This document shows positions 11,407 to 21,807 of a stretch of 42,242 nucleotides of DNA, piece after piece (the first letter of the stretch is position 1; each line of letters begins with the position of its first letter). Under the pieces are notes generated by a model. The model saw only the letters and a program-made list of their open reading frames with translations. It was not told the origin of the DNA and made no database searches. The position numbers were made by a program, and so were the translations under genes. The stretch lies in sequence record SRR22947727_1587; one strand, written 5' to 3'.

Positions 11407-12360
11407 ATGAAGCCCTCAACTGTTCTCTCGCCCCTGTCTCCTGAAAATCTCCGGCTCGCCGCGCAATGCGGGGTCGAGGGTGTTGTCACGCGGTATCCGG
11501 GGCCGGATGTGGCGGATTTACTCGCTACAAAAACGAAGATTGAAGCTCACGGGCTGAAAATTGTCGGCATCGAAGGGTTTCTCCCCATCGAAAAGATCAA
11601 GACGGGAACGGACACTGACGGGGCGGAGCTGCGGGCGATGAAAGTGCTCATCGAACAGATGGGCGAGGCGGAAATTCCGCTGCTTTGCTATAATTTCATG
11701 GCGGGAACGGATTGGGTAAGGACGCGGCTGGATGCGCCGGAACGTGGCGGCGCTCGCGTCACGGCGTTTTCGCTGGATGAAGCGGAAAAGGCGATGTCGC
11801 TGAACTCGGTGGAGACTTCTATCTCGACGGACCCGATTTCTGCGGAGGTGCTCTGGGAAAATCTGGAAGCGCTTCTAAAAGAGCTGATCCCGGTCGCGGA
11901 AAAGGCGGGCGTGACGCTGGCGATGCACCCGGATGATCCGCCGCTCCCAGAATTCTCCGGCAAAGCGCGGATCATGAATTCGGTAGAGAATTTCGAGCGT
12001 CTTTTCGCATTGGTGCCGAGCGAGCGCAATGCGATGTGCTTCTGTCAGGGAACATTCGCGACCATGGGCGTCGATATTCCAACAACGATCGATCGGCTTG
12101 GGAATCACATCGCCTACGTGCATTTTCGCGACGTTCGCGGGACGGCGGAATCCTTTGTGGAAACGTTTCACGACAACGGCCCAACGGACATGGCTGCCGC
12201 GATCCGCTCACTGAAAAATGCGGGCTTTACCGGACCGATCCGGCCCGATCACGTGCCCGAAATGGAGGGAGACGCAGACGGCGAGCCGGGCTACACGATG
12301 CTCGGGCGACTCTTTGCGTTCGGTTACATTCGCGGGCTGCTTCACGGAACGATTGACTAA
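11407..12360 (+). CDS. uxuA: Mannonate dehydratase (UxuA) family protein
   Basis: CYNFM, HPDDPP, CFCQG, HFRDV and RPDHVP motifs, and a GRLFAFGYIRGL C-terminus. The substrate is not certain. Confidence 0.8.
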   Translation: MKPSTVLSPLSPENLRLAAQCGVEGVVTRYPGPDVADLLATKTKIEAHGLKIVGIEGFLPIEKIKTGTDTDGAELRAMKVLIEQMGEAEIPLLCYNFMAGTDWVRTRLDAPERGGARVTAFSLDEAEKAMSLNSVETSISTDPISAEVLWENLEALLKELIPVAEKAGVTLAMHPDDPPLPEFSGKARIMNSVENFERLFALVPSERNAMCFCQGTFATMGVDIPTTIDRLGNHIAYVHFRDVRGTAESFVETFHDNGPTDMAAAIRSLKNAGFTGPIRPDHVPEMEGDADGEPGYTMLGRLFAFGYIRGLLHGTID

Positions 12361-12366
12361 TCTATT

Positions 12367-13584
12367 ATGCCAAAAATCACTGCTATCGAAACGACGATTC
12401 CCTCGGGGATCATGCCGAATCTGGTGCTGGTTCGGATTCACACGGAAGATGGGCTGATCGGCTGCGGCGAAACTTACTATACGCCGCATGGGATTCAGGC
12501 GCTGATTCACGATTGGATGGCGGAACGGCTAATCGGGGCGGAGGCGACGGATATCGAAGCGCACTGGCGGTTTCTTTATGAACGGTGCTCGGCTTTTGGG
12601 ATGCCGGGCGCGGAAATGCGGGCGCTGTCGGCGATCGATGTGGCGCTGTGGGACATTCTAGGGCAGGTCTGCGGCCAACCGATCTGGAAGTTGCTCGGTG
12701 GTGCGACGCAGAAGAAGGTTCGCATTTATAATACCTGCGGCGGCCCGGGATACGGCGCGAAGGGAAGTGATTTGGAAAAACATCCCGGCTGGCCAGGCTA
12801 CGGGGATGAAGGGAAGGCGGGGCCGCTTCAGGATAACTGGTCGTGTATTCATGCGGCGGGTGATTTGGCGGAAGAGCTGGTCAGCGAAGGTATCACAGGG
12901 ATGAAGATGTGGCCGTTCGATCGCTATGTTCATGAAAACGGGAGCCAATACGTTTCTCCGGCGCACATTGAAGAAGGGATGAAACCACTTCGTGAAATCC
13001 GCGAGCGGGTTGGTGATAAGATCGAGATCATGATCGAAGGTCACGCGTTTTTTCGTCTCCCGACGGCGCTGCAACTTGCTTCGGCTCTGAAAGAGATTCG
13101 GCCGTTCTGGCTGGAGGATTTTCTGCCGGTGGACAATGTCGAGACGCTGGCGAACTTTCGCGAACACGCGGGACTTCCCATCGCCGCGTCGGAAATGCTG
13201 TTGGGACGTCCGGCGTATCGGGCGCTTCTCGAAGCGCGTGCAGTTGATTATGTAATGGTCGATCCGACTTGGGCAGGCGGCATTAGCGAAACCCGACGGA
13301 TTATCAATCTCGCGCAGACGTATAATCTTCCCGCGACGATGCACGATTGTACTGGGCCGCTGACATTGCTGGCTGGGCTGCATTGCGCGGCTGCTTCGGC
13401 AAATGTGGTGCTTCAGGAAACGGTGCGTGCGCACATTCGGACGCTTTACGATCGTCTCGTGGATCGGCAGCCGAACGTCGAGGACGGTTTCCTGACGCTT
13501 CCGGCTGATCCCGGAATCGGCACGGCGTGGTTGCCGGAGCTTTTCCAACGGGGCCAAGCTAATTACCGTCGCACTGACGCCTGA
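12367..13584 (+). CDS. Mandelate racemase/muconate lactonising enzyme family protein (probable acid-sugar dehydratase)
   Basis: LVRIHTEDGLIGCGE, SAIDVALWDILG, GMKMWP, MIEGH, WLED, ASE and HDC. Confidence 0.88.
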   Translation: MPKITAIETTIPSGIMPNLVLVRIHTEDGLIGCGETYYTPHGIQALIHDWMAERLIGAEATDIEAHWRFLYERCSAFGMPGAEMRALSAIDVALWDILGQVCGQPIWKLLGGATQKKVRIYNTCGGPGYGAKGSDLEKHPGWPGYGDEGKAGPLQDNWSCIHAAGDLAEELVSEGITGMKMWPFDRYVHENGSQYVSPAHIEEGMKPLREIRERVGDKIEIMIEGHAFFRLPTALQLASALKEIRPFWLEDFLPVDNVETLANFREHAGLPIAASEMLLGRPAYRALLEARAVDYVMVDPTWAGGISETRRIINLAQTYNLPATMHDCTGPLTLLAGLHCAAASANVVLQETVRAHIRTLYDRLVDRQPNVEDGFLTLPADPGIGTAWLPELFQRGQANYRRTDA

Positions 13585-13599
13585 TCCCGAAATTCCGCC

Positions 13600-14901
13600 A
13601 TGCCTACCAACACGCGCCACAAAGTTATTGGAACAACAACGCTTGTCGCGGTGCTGTTGTATCTAGATCGGATCTGCATCGCGGAGATCGCAAAACTCGA
13701 CACGTTTAAGAATGAGCTGGGCCTTTCGGCAACCCAAACGGGCGCGGTTCTCTCGGCGTTCTTCTTTTCCTACGCGCTTGCGCAAGTCCCCGCCGGTTGG
13801 TTGTCGGATCGCTTCGGCGCGCGGCGCATGTTGCCGATCTACATTGTCCTCTGGTCAATTTGCACGGCGCTCACTGGCTTGGCGACGGGATTCGTCATGC
13901 TGATCGTGGCGCGGCTCATTTTCGGAATTGCCCAGGCCGGTTGTTATCCAACAGCGGGTAGTTTGATCAAGCGATGGACCCCGCTGCCAACGCGGGGGAC
14001 ATCTAGCAGCATCGTCTCCTTCGGCGGACGACTGGGAGGTGCGATCGCTCCACTGCTCACGGCGTTTTTGCTGAAGGATTACCTCGGCTGGCGCTGGGTG
14101 CTGGTGCTTTACGGAACGTCCGGCCTTCTCGTCGCGCTGCTGTTCTGGAAAGTTTTTCGGGAAACCCCTGACGAACATCCGGGCTGCAATGATGCCGAAC
14201 GCGATCTCATTGCCGAAGGCGATACGGATCTCGAAATGTCGGCGGAACAGGGCCCAGCTCCGTTTCCGCCGATTCATCATCTCGTCAAAAGCCCGACGAT
14301 GTGGCTGATGTGTGCTCTTCAATTCGGGATCAACATTGGCTGGGTGTTTCTCGTGACGTGGCTGCCGACCTATCTCCAAGATGTGAAAGGCGTCGATCCA
14401 AAGATCGGCGGACTGATGTCGACACTGGTTCTCGTTGCGGGAATTGTCGGAATGTTATGCGGGGGACGACTCACTGACATGGCGACAAAGAAACTGGGCG
14501 TTCGTTGGGGCCGTTCGCTCCCGATGATCCTTTGTTACGTCATCGCTCTGGCTGCTTATCTCAGTTGTCTCTATCTCGAATCCGCCTGGGCCTTTGTCGC
14601 CGCTGCCGCCATCGTCGCTTTCGCAACTGACATGAGCGTCCCCGCAATCTGGGCATACATGCAGGACGTCGGAGGAAAAAACACCGCAGCCGTCTTTGGT
14701 TGGGGAAACATGTGGGGAAATCTCGGAGCCGCAACCACCCCGTTGCTCGTCCCGATCGTTTTGGAAAAGTGGGATCACAACGGCGACTGGAGCGAAGCCT
14801 TTTTGCTTTTCTCAGCCGGCTACCTCATTGCTGGACTCGCGGCGATTGGGCTAAACGCGAACAAGAAAATTGGCGGCACTCAAACGAAACAACAGAGTTG
14901 A
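13600..14901 (+). CDS. MFS transporter, anion:cation symporter (sugar-acid/glucarate-like) type
   Basis: YLDR in TM1, GWLSDRFGARR motif A, TWLPTYL, multiple transmembrane helices; co-oriented with the two dehydratases. Confidence 0.88.
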   Translation: MPTNTRHKVIGTTTLVAVLLYLDRICIAEIAKLDTFKNELGLSATQTGAVLSAFFFSYALAQVPAGWLSDRFGARRMLPIYIVLWSICTALTGLATGFVMLIVARLIFGIAQAGCYPTAGSLIKRWTPLPTRGTSSSIVSFGGRLGGAIAPLLTAFLLKDYLGWRWVLVLYGTSGLLVALLFWKVFRETPDEHPGCNDAERDLIAEGDTDLEMSAEQGPAPFPPIHHLVKSPTMWLMCALQFGINIGWVFLVTWLPTYLQDVKGVDPKIGGLMSTLVLVAGIVGMLCGGRLTDMATKKLGVRWGRSLPMILCYVIALAAYLSCLYLESAWAFVAAAAIVAFATDMSVPAIWAYMQDVGGKNTAAVFGWGNMWGNLGAATTPLLVPIVLEKWDHNGDWSEAFLLFSAGYLIAGLAAIGLNANKKIGGTQTKQQS

Positions 14902-16944
14902 TCATTTCAGCAGTGCATCCACATCATCCAACGGGACTTTTAGAATCTCCGTCTGCAGTTTGTTTCGCGAAAGGGCAATCCAAAGGAAACCGTCCTTTTC
15001 TATAGCATGGGGATATTGAAGACTCCCGATTCCCTGTTGGAATTTTTTCCACAAACTGTCGATCCCCTCAGCGACTGGAGGCGTCGGCGCGATTAGCTGG
15101 GCCATGCGAGTGAAACTTTTCCCGTCTTCACTGATCGATAAATGTAACTGACGGCGCCCCAATTTTGGATTCGCGTTTGAAATCATCACGCGATAGCCGC
15201 GGCTCGTGTTCAGCGAAAAAATCTTGCTCGTTGAGTTCGGGAAATTCGTCAGGACTGGAGTCTTCCACGTCATGCCGTTGTCGGTCGAAGTGGAATGGAA
15301 TAGCCGCTGTGAACCTCCATTGTCGCGGAATAGCGCGTTCAGCGATTTGTCGGGCATGAGCCAGAAAATTGGTTCATCGGGGCGAAAGCCTTTCACCTCA
15401 CCCACCTTCACGACGGGAAATGCTTCCCACGAATCCAATTTTTCTTTACCGCCAATCAATATCGTGACGTTGAATCGCGCATCGCGTCGCGTCAGAATCC
15501 AGTCGCCTGTCGGCAGTTTTTGCGGTGGAAAGTTGTTAATCGCGTTGTCGTAAACTTTGCTTTTGAAATTCCATTTCCTACTCGCTTTGTCCCACGCGAA
15601 AGCCTGCAACTCAAGTTCCTTGTCGACACCAAAAGCTCCCTTGCCTTTGTAGTGAGCGCCCAGTGCGAGCAATTCCCCGTCCCGAATCCACAGTCCTCGC
15701 GCGATAAAGGCATAGGGTTCCTTTGGCATTCCGGTGACGGATTTTGCTTCGCTCCAATTAAGCCCATCGTCGCTTGTCGCGTATTTTATTTCTTGAGTCG
15801 GCCAGTCTTCGATCTTCGGTCCATCACTCCAAATGCACCAGAATTTGCTGTCGTGGAACGCGAGGTAGTTGTGCAAATTCAGCCGCAGTCGGTTCAACTC
15901 CAGCTTCCCGCCTTCTTTGTAATCGGGCGATTTCTGCGCGGCGTTGATGACGGCATGTTCGCCGGTCAGTTGGGGTAATGCGTCAAAATCAATCGCTTCC
16001 GGATCTGTTCCCGATTTTGGAAGCTCGAGAATTGAGAGTGGCTCAGCCAGAAGATACTTCTTCACGCCCGTTAATGCTTGCGCTAAAAGCTGAGGCGTCC
16101 CAGCACCAGCGACGTTGTGTCTTCCGCCCGGAACAGTAAAGAGTTTATGCGTCACGCCTTCGGCTTTGAGCTTTTCAGCCATCACTTTAGCGTGTTCGAA
16201 AGGAACGACAGTATCTGCGTCGCCGTGAAAAATTAAAATTGGCGGGTCGTCTTTTGAGACAAATGTTAGAGGTGAGACGTCTTTTATTTTTGCTGCATCC
16301 ATTTCCGAAGCGGGAGTCCCTTGTTTGTAGCCGATCAGCTGTCGATACGCGGGGTGATTGTGTTTGATCGTCGAAAGCAGATTCCAATCCGTCGGTCCAG
16401 CGAAGGGCAAGGCGCAGGTAACGCGAGTCGATTGACGTTTGACCGGATCATCTGAATCCGGCTCAGCGATGTCGTCATGAAGCGCGACCCACAGAGTAAG
16501 ATGGCCGCCGGCGGAACCGCCAGTGACTCCAATTTTATCCGCGTTGATGTGCCATTCCTTCGCATTTTGGCGGACAAATTGAATCGCTCTCATGCAATCA
16601 TCGGTCTGAGCGGGATGCGGTGCGACATCGATGAAGCGATATTCGACCGACACGACATGAAACATCCCCTCGCGAAGTCCCGTGGCCAAGAATCCCGGGA
16701 TATTATTTTTCGAACCAGCCCGCCACCCGCCGCCGTGAATAAAAATCATAACCGGTTTAATTTCCGGCTCACCGCTTTTTGAGTCCGCCAAATAGACGTC
16801 GAGCAATTGTGCCTTCTTGTCCGCTTTTCCATAAAAGACATCTTTATGGTTGGGAACAGGGCGGCCCTTTGGCGTCTGGGCTGACGCTTGAAGCGCAACA
16901 ATTCCGAATATTGCTGCTACGAGAACTAGAAATAGATTTTTCAT
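14902..16944 (-). CDS. Secreted fusion of an HSL/BD-FAE-like alpha/beta esterase and a BNR/Asp-box (sialidase-like) domain
   Basis: Signal peptide from ATG 16944; HGGGW, GGSAGG and HGDADTVV; Asp-boxes SDDGLNW, STDNGMTW and SEDGKSF; C-terminal QYP. The ORF-track extension to 16980 lies mostly within a repeat. Confidence 0.85.
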   Translation of the reverse strand: MKNLFLVLVAAIFGIVALQASAQTPKGRPVPNHKDVFYGKADKKAQLLDVYLADSKSGEPEIKPVMIFIHGGGWRAGSKNNIPGFLATGLREGMFHVVSVEYRFIDVAPHPAQTDDCMRAIQFVRQNAKEWHINADKIGVTGGSAGGHLTLWVALHDDIAEPDSDDPVKRQSTRVTCALPFAGPTDWNLLSTIKHNHPAYRQLIGYKQGTPASEMDAAKIKDVSPLTFVSKDDPPILIFHGDADTVVPFEHAKVMAEKLKAEGVTHKLFTVPGGRHNVAGAGTPQLLAQALTGVKKYLLAEPLSILELPKSGTDPEAIDFDALPQLTGEHAVINAAQKSPDYKEGGKLELNRLRLNLHNYLAFHDSKFWCIWSDGPKIEDWPTQEIKYATSDDGLNWSEAKSVTGMPKEPYAFIARGLWIRDGELLALGAHYKGKGAFGVDKELELQAFAWDKASRKWNFKSKVYDNAINNFPPQKLPTGDWILTRRDARFNVTILIGGKEKLDSWEAFPVVKVGEVKGFRPDEPIFWLMPDKSLNALFRDNGGSQRLFHSTSTDNGMTWKTPVLTNFPNSTSKIFSLNTSRGYRVMISNANPKLGRRQLHLSISEDGKSFTRMAQLIAPTPPVAEGIDSLWKKFQQGIGSLQYPHAIEKDGFLWIALSRNKLQTEILKVPLDDVDALLK

Positions 16945-16950
16945 AAATTT

Positions 16951-16993
16951 CGAACAGATAGGGTTCGTTCGATGAATCAACCCTATTGGTTCG
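16951..16993. repeat. 43-bp double-hairpin REP-like element; contains the stop codon of 16983..18449
   Basis: CGAACAGATAGGGTTCGTTC-GAT-GAATCAACCCTATTGGTTCG. Confidence 0.9.
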
Positions 16994-18449
16994 TAAAGTG
17001 GTAAGCGAATAAATCAGCATCCTTGATCACAAACCGGAGCTTCACCGATTTTCCAGCGAGGGCTGAAACGTCGGTTCCGCCTTTCCATGTCACGACACGT
17101 TCGATCTCATTTCCGATTTGTTCGTTCGCGTCTCCGAGAGAAAACCCCGGGAATGGTTTGCCGGTTTCGGAGTCCTGGATCTCGACGCGAATTCCACCGG
17201 GAGCTGACGTTGCGAAGTTCAAAGCGAGCGCGTTTCCGGTAAACTTCAAAGGCTTGGTGATCAATTCCCCGCCATCAAATTTCGCCTGCGCCGAGGCGAA
17301 TCCGTCGAGCCGCATCGAGTAGCGGCGAATGTGCGCGGTTGGCTGGGCATAGTCCTGATTTACATAGACGGACATCTCTGTCGGCCCGGTTTGCACGACG
17401 TTCAGGGCTGGGTAATTCGTGCGCGACACCCAATTTTGCGCGCCGATTCCAGGCCTAATGTAACTGCTCAAGAATGTGCGCTCGTAGTGATCATGTCCGG
17501 GACGAGTCGTCATGAGAACGGCGTCAGAAGTGTCATTGAAATATTTTGGATTCACCCCGATGGCTTTTGCCTGCTCTTCATTCAAGACTTTTCGTCCGGG
17601 CATAAAACGCGCAGCGATCGCCACGTAGAGATGAGGCGCGCGAAAGTAGGGATGCGTTTGATTCGTATACAAATGATCGATCGGCGATTCTCCACCACGG
17701 TGTTTGTATTCCATCAAAACTGGCTCCGACCAATTGATGAAGTCATCGCTTTCGGTGCGGGCGATGCGACGAATCTTGTCTTCAAAAACGCGGAAAAAGC
17801 AGAGATACTTCCCTTCGGCTTCAGAGTAGAAAGCGATGTTCTGCGAATCAAAAAAGTAGGGATACTTCACGAGTTCATTTGGGATTACCGGCGCATCTTG
17901 AATCTTCTCCCACGACTTTCCATCGGGCGAAACCCAACCAATCAGGCCGCTTTTCATCGTTCCTCCGAGCGCTTTGAAACGTTGATCGGCAGGCACGCCG
18001 GGCTTTGCGTCGAGCATCGGAGAGAAATTGTGGGTCGAGGGAGCTGCGTCCGCCATCACGATGTTCGTGTCTTTCGATCCATCGCGTTCGAACAGCCCGA
18101 GTTTCGGTTTCGTCCACGAAATACCGTCCTTCGACTCCGCGTAGCTGGTTGATTCATTTAAGCTGCCATCGGCGCCGGCTTTCGGTAAACTCCGGTAATA
18201 AAGCCGAAACAAACTTCCGTCTTTAATCACCGTCGCGTAGCCGCTGAACCCGCCTTCCCATGGCTTATCGAATGCCAGAACCTGACCTTCGTCATGAGGC
18301 CGATGCATCACGAGGTCCACGCCCGTCATCGATTCGATCAGCGCTGAATCCACAAACAGTTCACGTCGATCACCGATATCGACGGGATCTGCCGCAAACA
18401 AATGCGGAGTAAAAAATGAGGCAGCGAGAACGCACATAGTAAATTTCAT
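16983..18449 (-). CDS. Secreted beta-propeller glycoside-hydrolase-like protein (PVC-type hypothetical)
   Basis: Signal peptide, RRELFVD N-terminus, ESKDGISW/SPDGKSW/ESDDFINW repeats, FDSQN and a C-terminal RLDGFAS domain. Confidence 0.7.
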   Translation of the reverse strand: MKFTMCVLAASFFTPHLFAADPVDIGDRRELFVDSALIESMTGVDLVMHRPHDEGQVLAFDKPWEGGFSGYATVIKDGSLFRLYYRSLPKAGADGSLNESTSYAESKDGISWTKPKLGLFERDGSKDTNIVMADAAPSTHNFSPMLDAKPGVPADQRFKALGGTMKSGLIGWVSPDGKSWEKIQDAPVIPNELVKYPYFFDSQNIAFYSEAEGKYLCFFRVFEDKIRRIARTESDDFINWSEPVLMEYKHRGGESPIDHLYTNQTHPYFRAPHLYVAIAARFMPGRKVLNEEQAKAIGVNPKYFNDTSDAVLMTTRPGHDHYERTFLSSYIRPGIGAQNWVSRTNYPALNVVQTGPTEMSVYVNQDYAQPTAHIRRYSMRLDGFASAQAKFDGGELITKPLKFTGNALALNFATSAPGGIRVEIQDSETGKPFPGFSLGDANEQIGNEIERVVTWKGGTDVSALAGKSVKLRFVIKDADLFAYHFTNQ

Positions 18450-18516
18450 AAAAAGGAGTATCCCGTTTTTCAGGAGAAAAAAGAAGTGCGTGAATACGGC
18501 TTCAAGCTTTTTCTGA

Positions 18517-20477
18517 ATGATGATCCGAATCCTGAAAATTGGCTTTCTTGGAATGTTTTTCGTTTTAGCCGGAGATAAAGCATCCAGTTAGGAAAAGCTA
18601 AAATGGGGGGCGACGTTCAAGGAATCTTATCAGGATATTGTAACTGGAAAGGCTGTTTCGTTTTCGGTCAAAACTCCGCCGAAATCTGAGAATTCAGCGA
18701 ATAAACTCCCGCTCATCGTTGGGTTGAATGGTGGGCCGAAAGTCGCGCCGAGTGCGGAATTTCCGTTTATCGAAGTGCGTCCATCGGGCGGTGGAATTTG
18801 GGGGTAGCGATCTCTATCCGCAGTCGATGTGTTGGCTGTGATTAGAACGATGAAGCAAAAATATCCGATCGATCCGGATCGTATTTCGTTGATCGGATTT
18901 TCGGCGGGTGCAAGCGGGGCAATGCATTTGGTGTCGTTGTATCCAGATGAATTCTCGGCGATGCTCGCAATGGTGGCTGGGGGAAATGATTATCCAATTC
19001 GAAATTTCTCGAATCTACCGCTCGCGATCCATCATGGCGATGTCGATTGGACGTCGGCGATTTGCGATGCGCGGGTTCAGTTTCAGAAAATGCAGTCAGC
19101 GGGAAATCGTCTCGCATTTTTAAAGGAATATCCGGGTTCTGGGCATTCGGTTTCTGCGAAAGACCACAAGTCGATAGTAAAATGGGTGCTTGAGCAAAAG
19201 CGTGATCCTGCGCCGAAATCAATTGCGATCGATTGTGAAACTCCAACGCTCGGGCGGCACGCTTACATTCAGATTCTTGAATTCGATGATCCTCAAAATG
19301 TGGCTACCTTGACTGTGGACATATGATCATTGCCGGATTTGAGGCGAATCGATATCGGAGAGGTGAGTTTTGAAGTGAACCTGGAAACGGGAGTCGCCGA
19401 ATTAATAAAGGAAAGAGGGGCGTGGGAATTGAAGCCGAATTATTTAAATGAAATTTTCAGGAAACGAAAATACGAAGTCGGAGGTGCCGCTAATCTGTAT
19501 CAAGGCGATCCGTTGCTGATCGTATACGGGACGGTCGATGCCAAACTAGGCCCGCAACTTCGGGTTGCGGCTGAAGATTTGGCAAAATGCGGCGGACCAC
19601 TGTTTGCCTCAATGAGACACACGGCGATTCCGATCGTGGCGGACATCGAACTCACTCCTGCACAGGAGGCGAGTCACAATTTGATTCTCCTGGGCCGTCC
19701 GGAAGAGAATTTAGTTTCGGCAAGAATTCTCGAGAAATTACCAATCGAAATTGAGAGCGGAAAACTCATCGTTGGAAGTCGCTAGTGCTGAATGATCAGG
19801 TTCTTTCGATGCTCCATTTTCATCCTGAGCACCCGAATCGGCTGGTCTATCTAATTGCGCCATTTACCGAAAAAGGTTTCCGATTGCCTCAACGGTTTCT
19901 TGCGGGATCGTATGGGTTTCACAGGATCGGTCAGCCGGATTTGATTGTTCAAAATTCGGATTACGTGATTACCCGCGAAATGCAGTTCGATAAAAATTGG
20001 GAGTGGGTTTCCCAAGAAGGCGATGCTCCAAAGATTTCTGCAGGATTCGAAGATCGAAATGAACTCGTCCGTGCACACCTCCGTTTAATGTTAAAAAAAT
20101 CCGACGCAGATTTCTCCCTGTGGCGGGGACCTGCTGACAAAGGGATGTGGGGAATGGATTTTAATTACCTGAAGAAATATCAACCGGAGTTCTATTCGCT
20201 GGCAGATTACAAAACGCAGAAGCGCGTGCTCGAAACAACGACGGGCGGTGTTTCAGGTGCCGATCTTAAAATTATTTCAGATCGCTGGATCAGCAAGAAT
20301 GAGATCACAATTTTTCCAAAGCTTGATCTGAATTCCATCGATCTGGAAAAACCCTACCGCATCCACATTCCGATGGATATGTATATTAAACTTGGTCAGC
20401 GGAAAAGGAATCTGATTGATCCCAAGCCCAGTCCTGAGATTTCTCCAGGCGATTTGGTTTCCGAAATTTTCAAATGA
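18517..20477 (+). pseudogene. Interrupted secreted alpha/beta hydrolase (esterase/peptidase-like)
   Basis: One frame runs from ATG 18517 (signal-peptide-like) through in-frame stops TAG 18589-91, TAG 18805-07 and TGA 19324-26. A frameshift follows near 19785. GFSAGA nucleophile elbow, HGDVD and YPGSGH are retained. Confidence 0.75.
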
Positions 20478-20501
20478 AATTTACAAAGCAAACGGGTTGA
20501 T

Positions 20502-21806
20502 CTAGTCGGAATCACTGAGGTTCGATCGATAAGTTTCAGCCGCGAAGTAAATCGCAATCAGCGTGATTCCCGCCGTGCCGATCATGTATACAGAAACAGG
20601 CCACGATTTATCGCCGGACCATTCGAGAAGTGCTGTCGCGATCAAAGGTGCAAGTCCACCGGCAAAGGGCGAGGCAAGCTGATAGCCGATCGAGGCGCCG
20701 CTGTAGCGAACCCGCGTGCCGAAGAGTTCCGAGAAAAAAGCCGCTTGAGGGCCATACATTGCCGAATGACCAATGAGTCCCAAAATAATTGCCAGCCAAA
20801 TGATGGCGGTAACTTTGGTCTCGATCATCCAGAAAAAAGGAAAAGCGAAAAGGGCGATGAAAATCGCTCCGGCTAGATAAACTGGACGGCGGCCGACCCG
20901 GTCTGATAGCGCGCCGAACGCAGGAATGGCAACGATTTGAATGACTGCGGCAATCCACACGCCGGTAAGAATTGTGGAGCGCTCAAGACCGAGTTGATCA
21001 ACTGCATAGGACAGAACAAAAACACTAAAAATGTAGAAGCAGGCATTCTCAGCAAACCGTGCGCCCATCGCCAGGAACACGTTTTTAGGATGCTTTTTTA
21101 AGACCTCAATGATTGGAATTTTACTGACGCCCTCAGTCTTTTGGGCTTTGGCAAAGAGCGGGCTTTCAACGATGTGGAGCCGGATAATCATGCCGATACC
21201 GAGTAACACAATCCCTAGCAGAAACGGAACGCGCCAACCCCAGGATAAAAATTGCTCTTCGGGCAATTTTGTAACAATCGCAAACACGCTTGCCGCAAGG
21301 AGTAAGCCAACGGGGACGCCCATCTGGACACAGCTTCCGTAGAAGCCGCGTTTGCCTTCGTGACCATGTTCAACCGCCATCAAAACTGCACCGCCCCATT
21401 CGCCGCCAACGCCGAAGCCCTGAACCAACCGCAGCAGAACCAAAATGATTGGCGCGGCGATGCCGATTGTTTCGTAGGTGGGGAGAAATCCGATTAGACA
21501 GGTGGCTATTCCCATCATCATGAGAGTTGTCACGAGCATCGCTTTGCGTCCAATCCGATCTCCGAAGTGCCCGAAAACTATTCCGCCAATGGGGCGGGCG
21601 AAGAAGCCAATCGCGAATGTTCCATAGGCAGCCATTCGGCCGACGAATTCATTTTCTACGGGGAAAAAGAGTTGGCCAAAAACGAGCGCGGCAGCGGTTC
21701 CATAGATGAAGAAATCAAACCACTCAATCGTGGTTCCGATAAAGCTGGCCAGGACAACGCGGCGGACCGAGTTTTGCGGAGGAGGGGAGGTTTCGTTGTC
21801 GCTCAT
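20502..21806 (-). CDS. MFS transporter, metabolite:H+ symporter (MHS; ShiA/ProP-like) family
   Basis: GTTIEWFDFFIYG, GHFGDRIGRK, GFGVGGEWGGA, WGWRVPF and ELFGTRVRYSG. Confidence 0.93.
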   Translation of the reverse strand: MSDNETSPPPQNSVRRVVLASFIGTTIEWFDFFIYGTAAALVFGQLFFPVENEFVGRMAAYGTFAIGFFARPIGGIVFGHFGDRIGRKAMLVTTLMMMGIATCLIGFLPTYETIGIAAPIILVLLRLVQGFGVGGEWGGAVLMAVEHGHEGKRGFYGSCVQMGVPVGLLLAASVFAIVTKLPEEQFLSWGWRVPFLLGIVLLGIGMIIRLHIVESPLFAKAQKTEGVSKIPIIEVLKKHPKNVFLAMGARFAENACFYIFSVFVLSYAVDQLGLERSTILTGVWIAAVIQIVAIPAFGALSDRVGRRPVYLAGAIFIALFAFPFFWMIETKVTAIIWLAIILGLIGHSAMYGPQAAFFSELFGTRVRYSGASIGYQLASPFAGGLAPLIATALLEWSGDKSWPVSVYMIGTAGITLIAIYFAAETYRSNLSDSD

Positions 21807-21807
21807 A

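Noticed and set aside
16945-16980. N-terminal extensions MIHRTNPICSKF (16980) and MVHRTHPVGSFSN (26413) as a shared leader peptide
   Set aside because: The similarity comes from translating the 43-bp repeat. Downstream ATGs give a proper signal peptide or family start.
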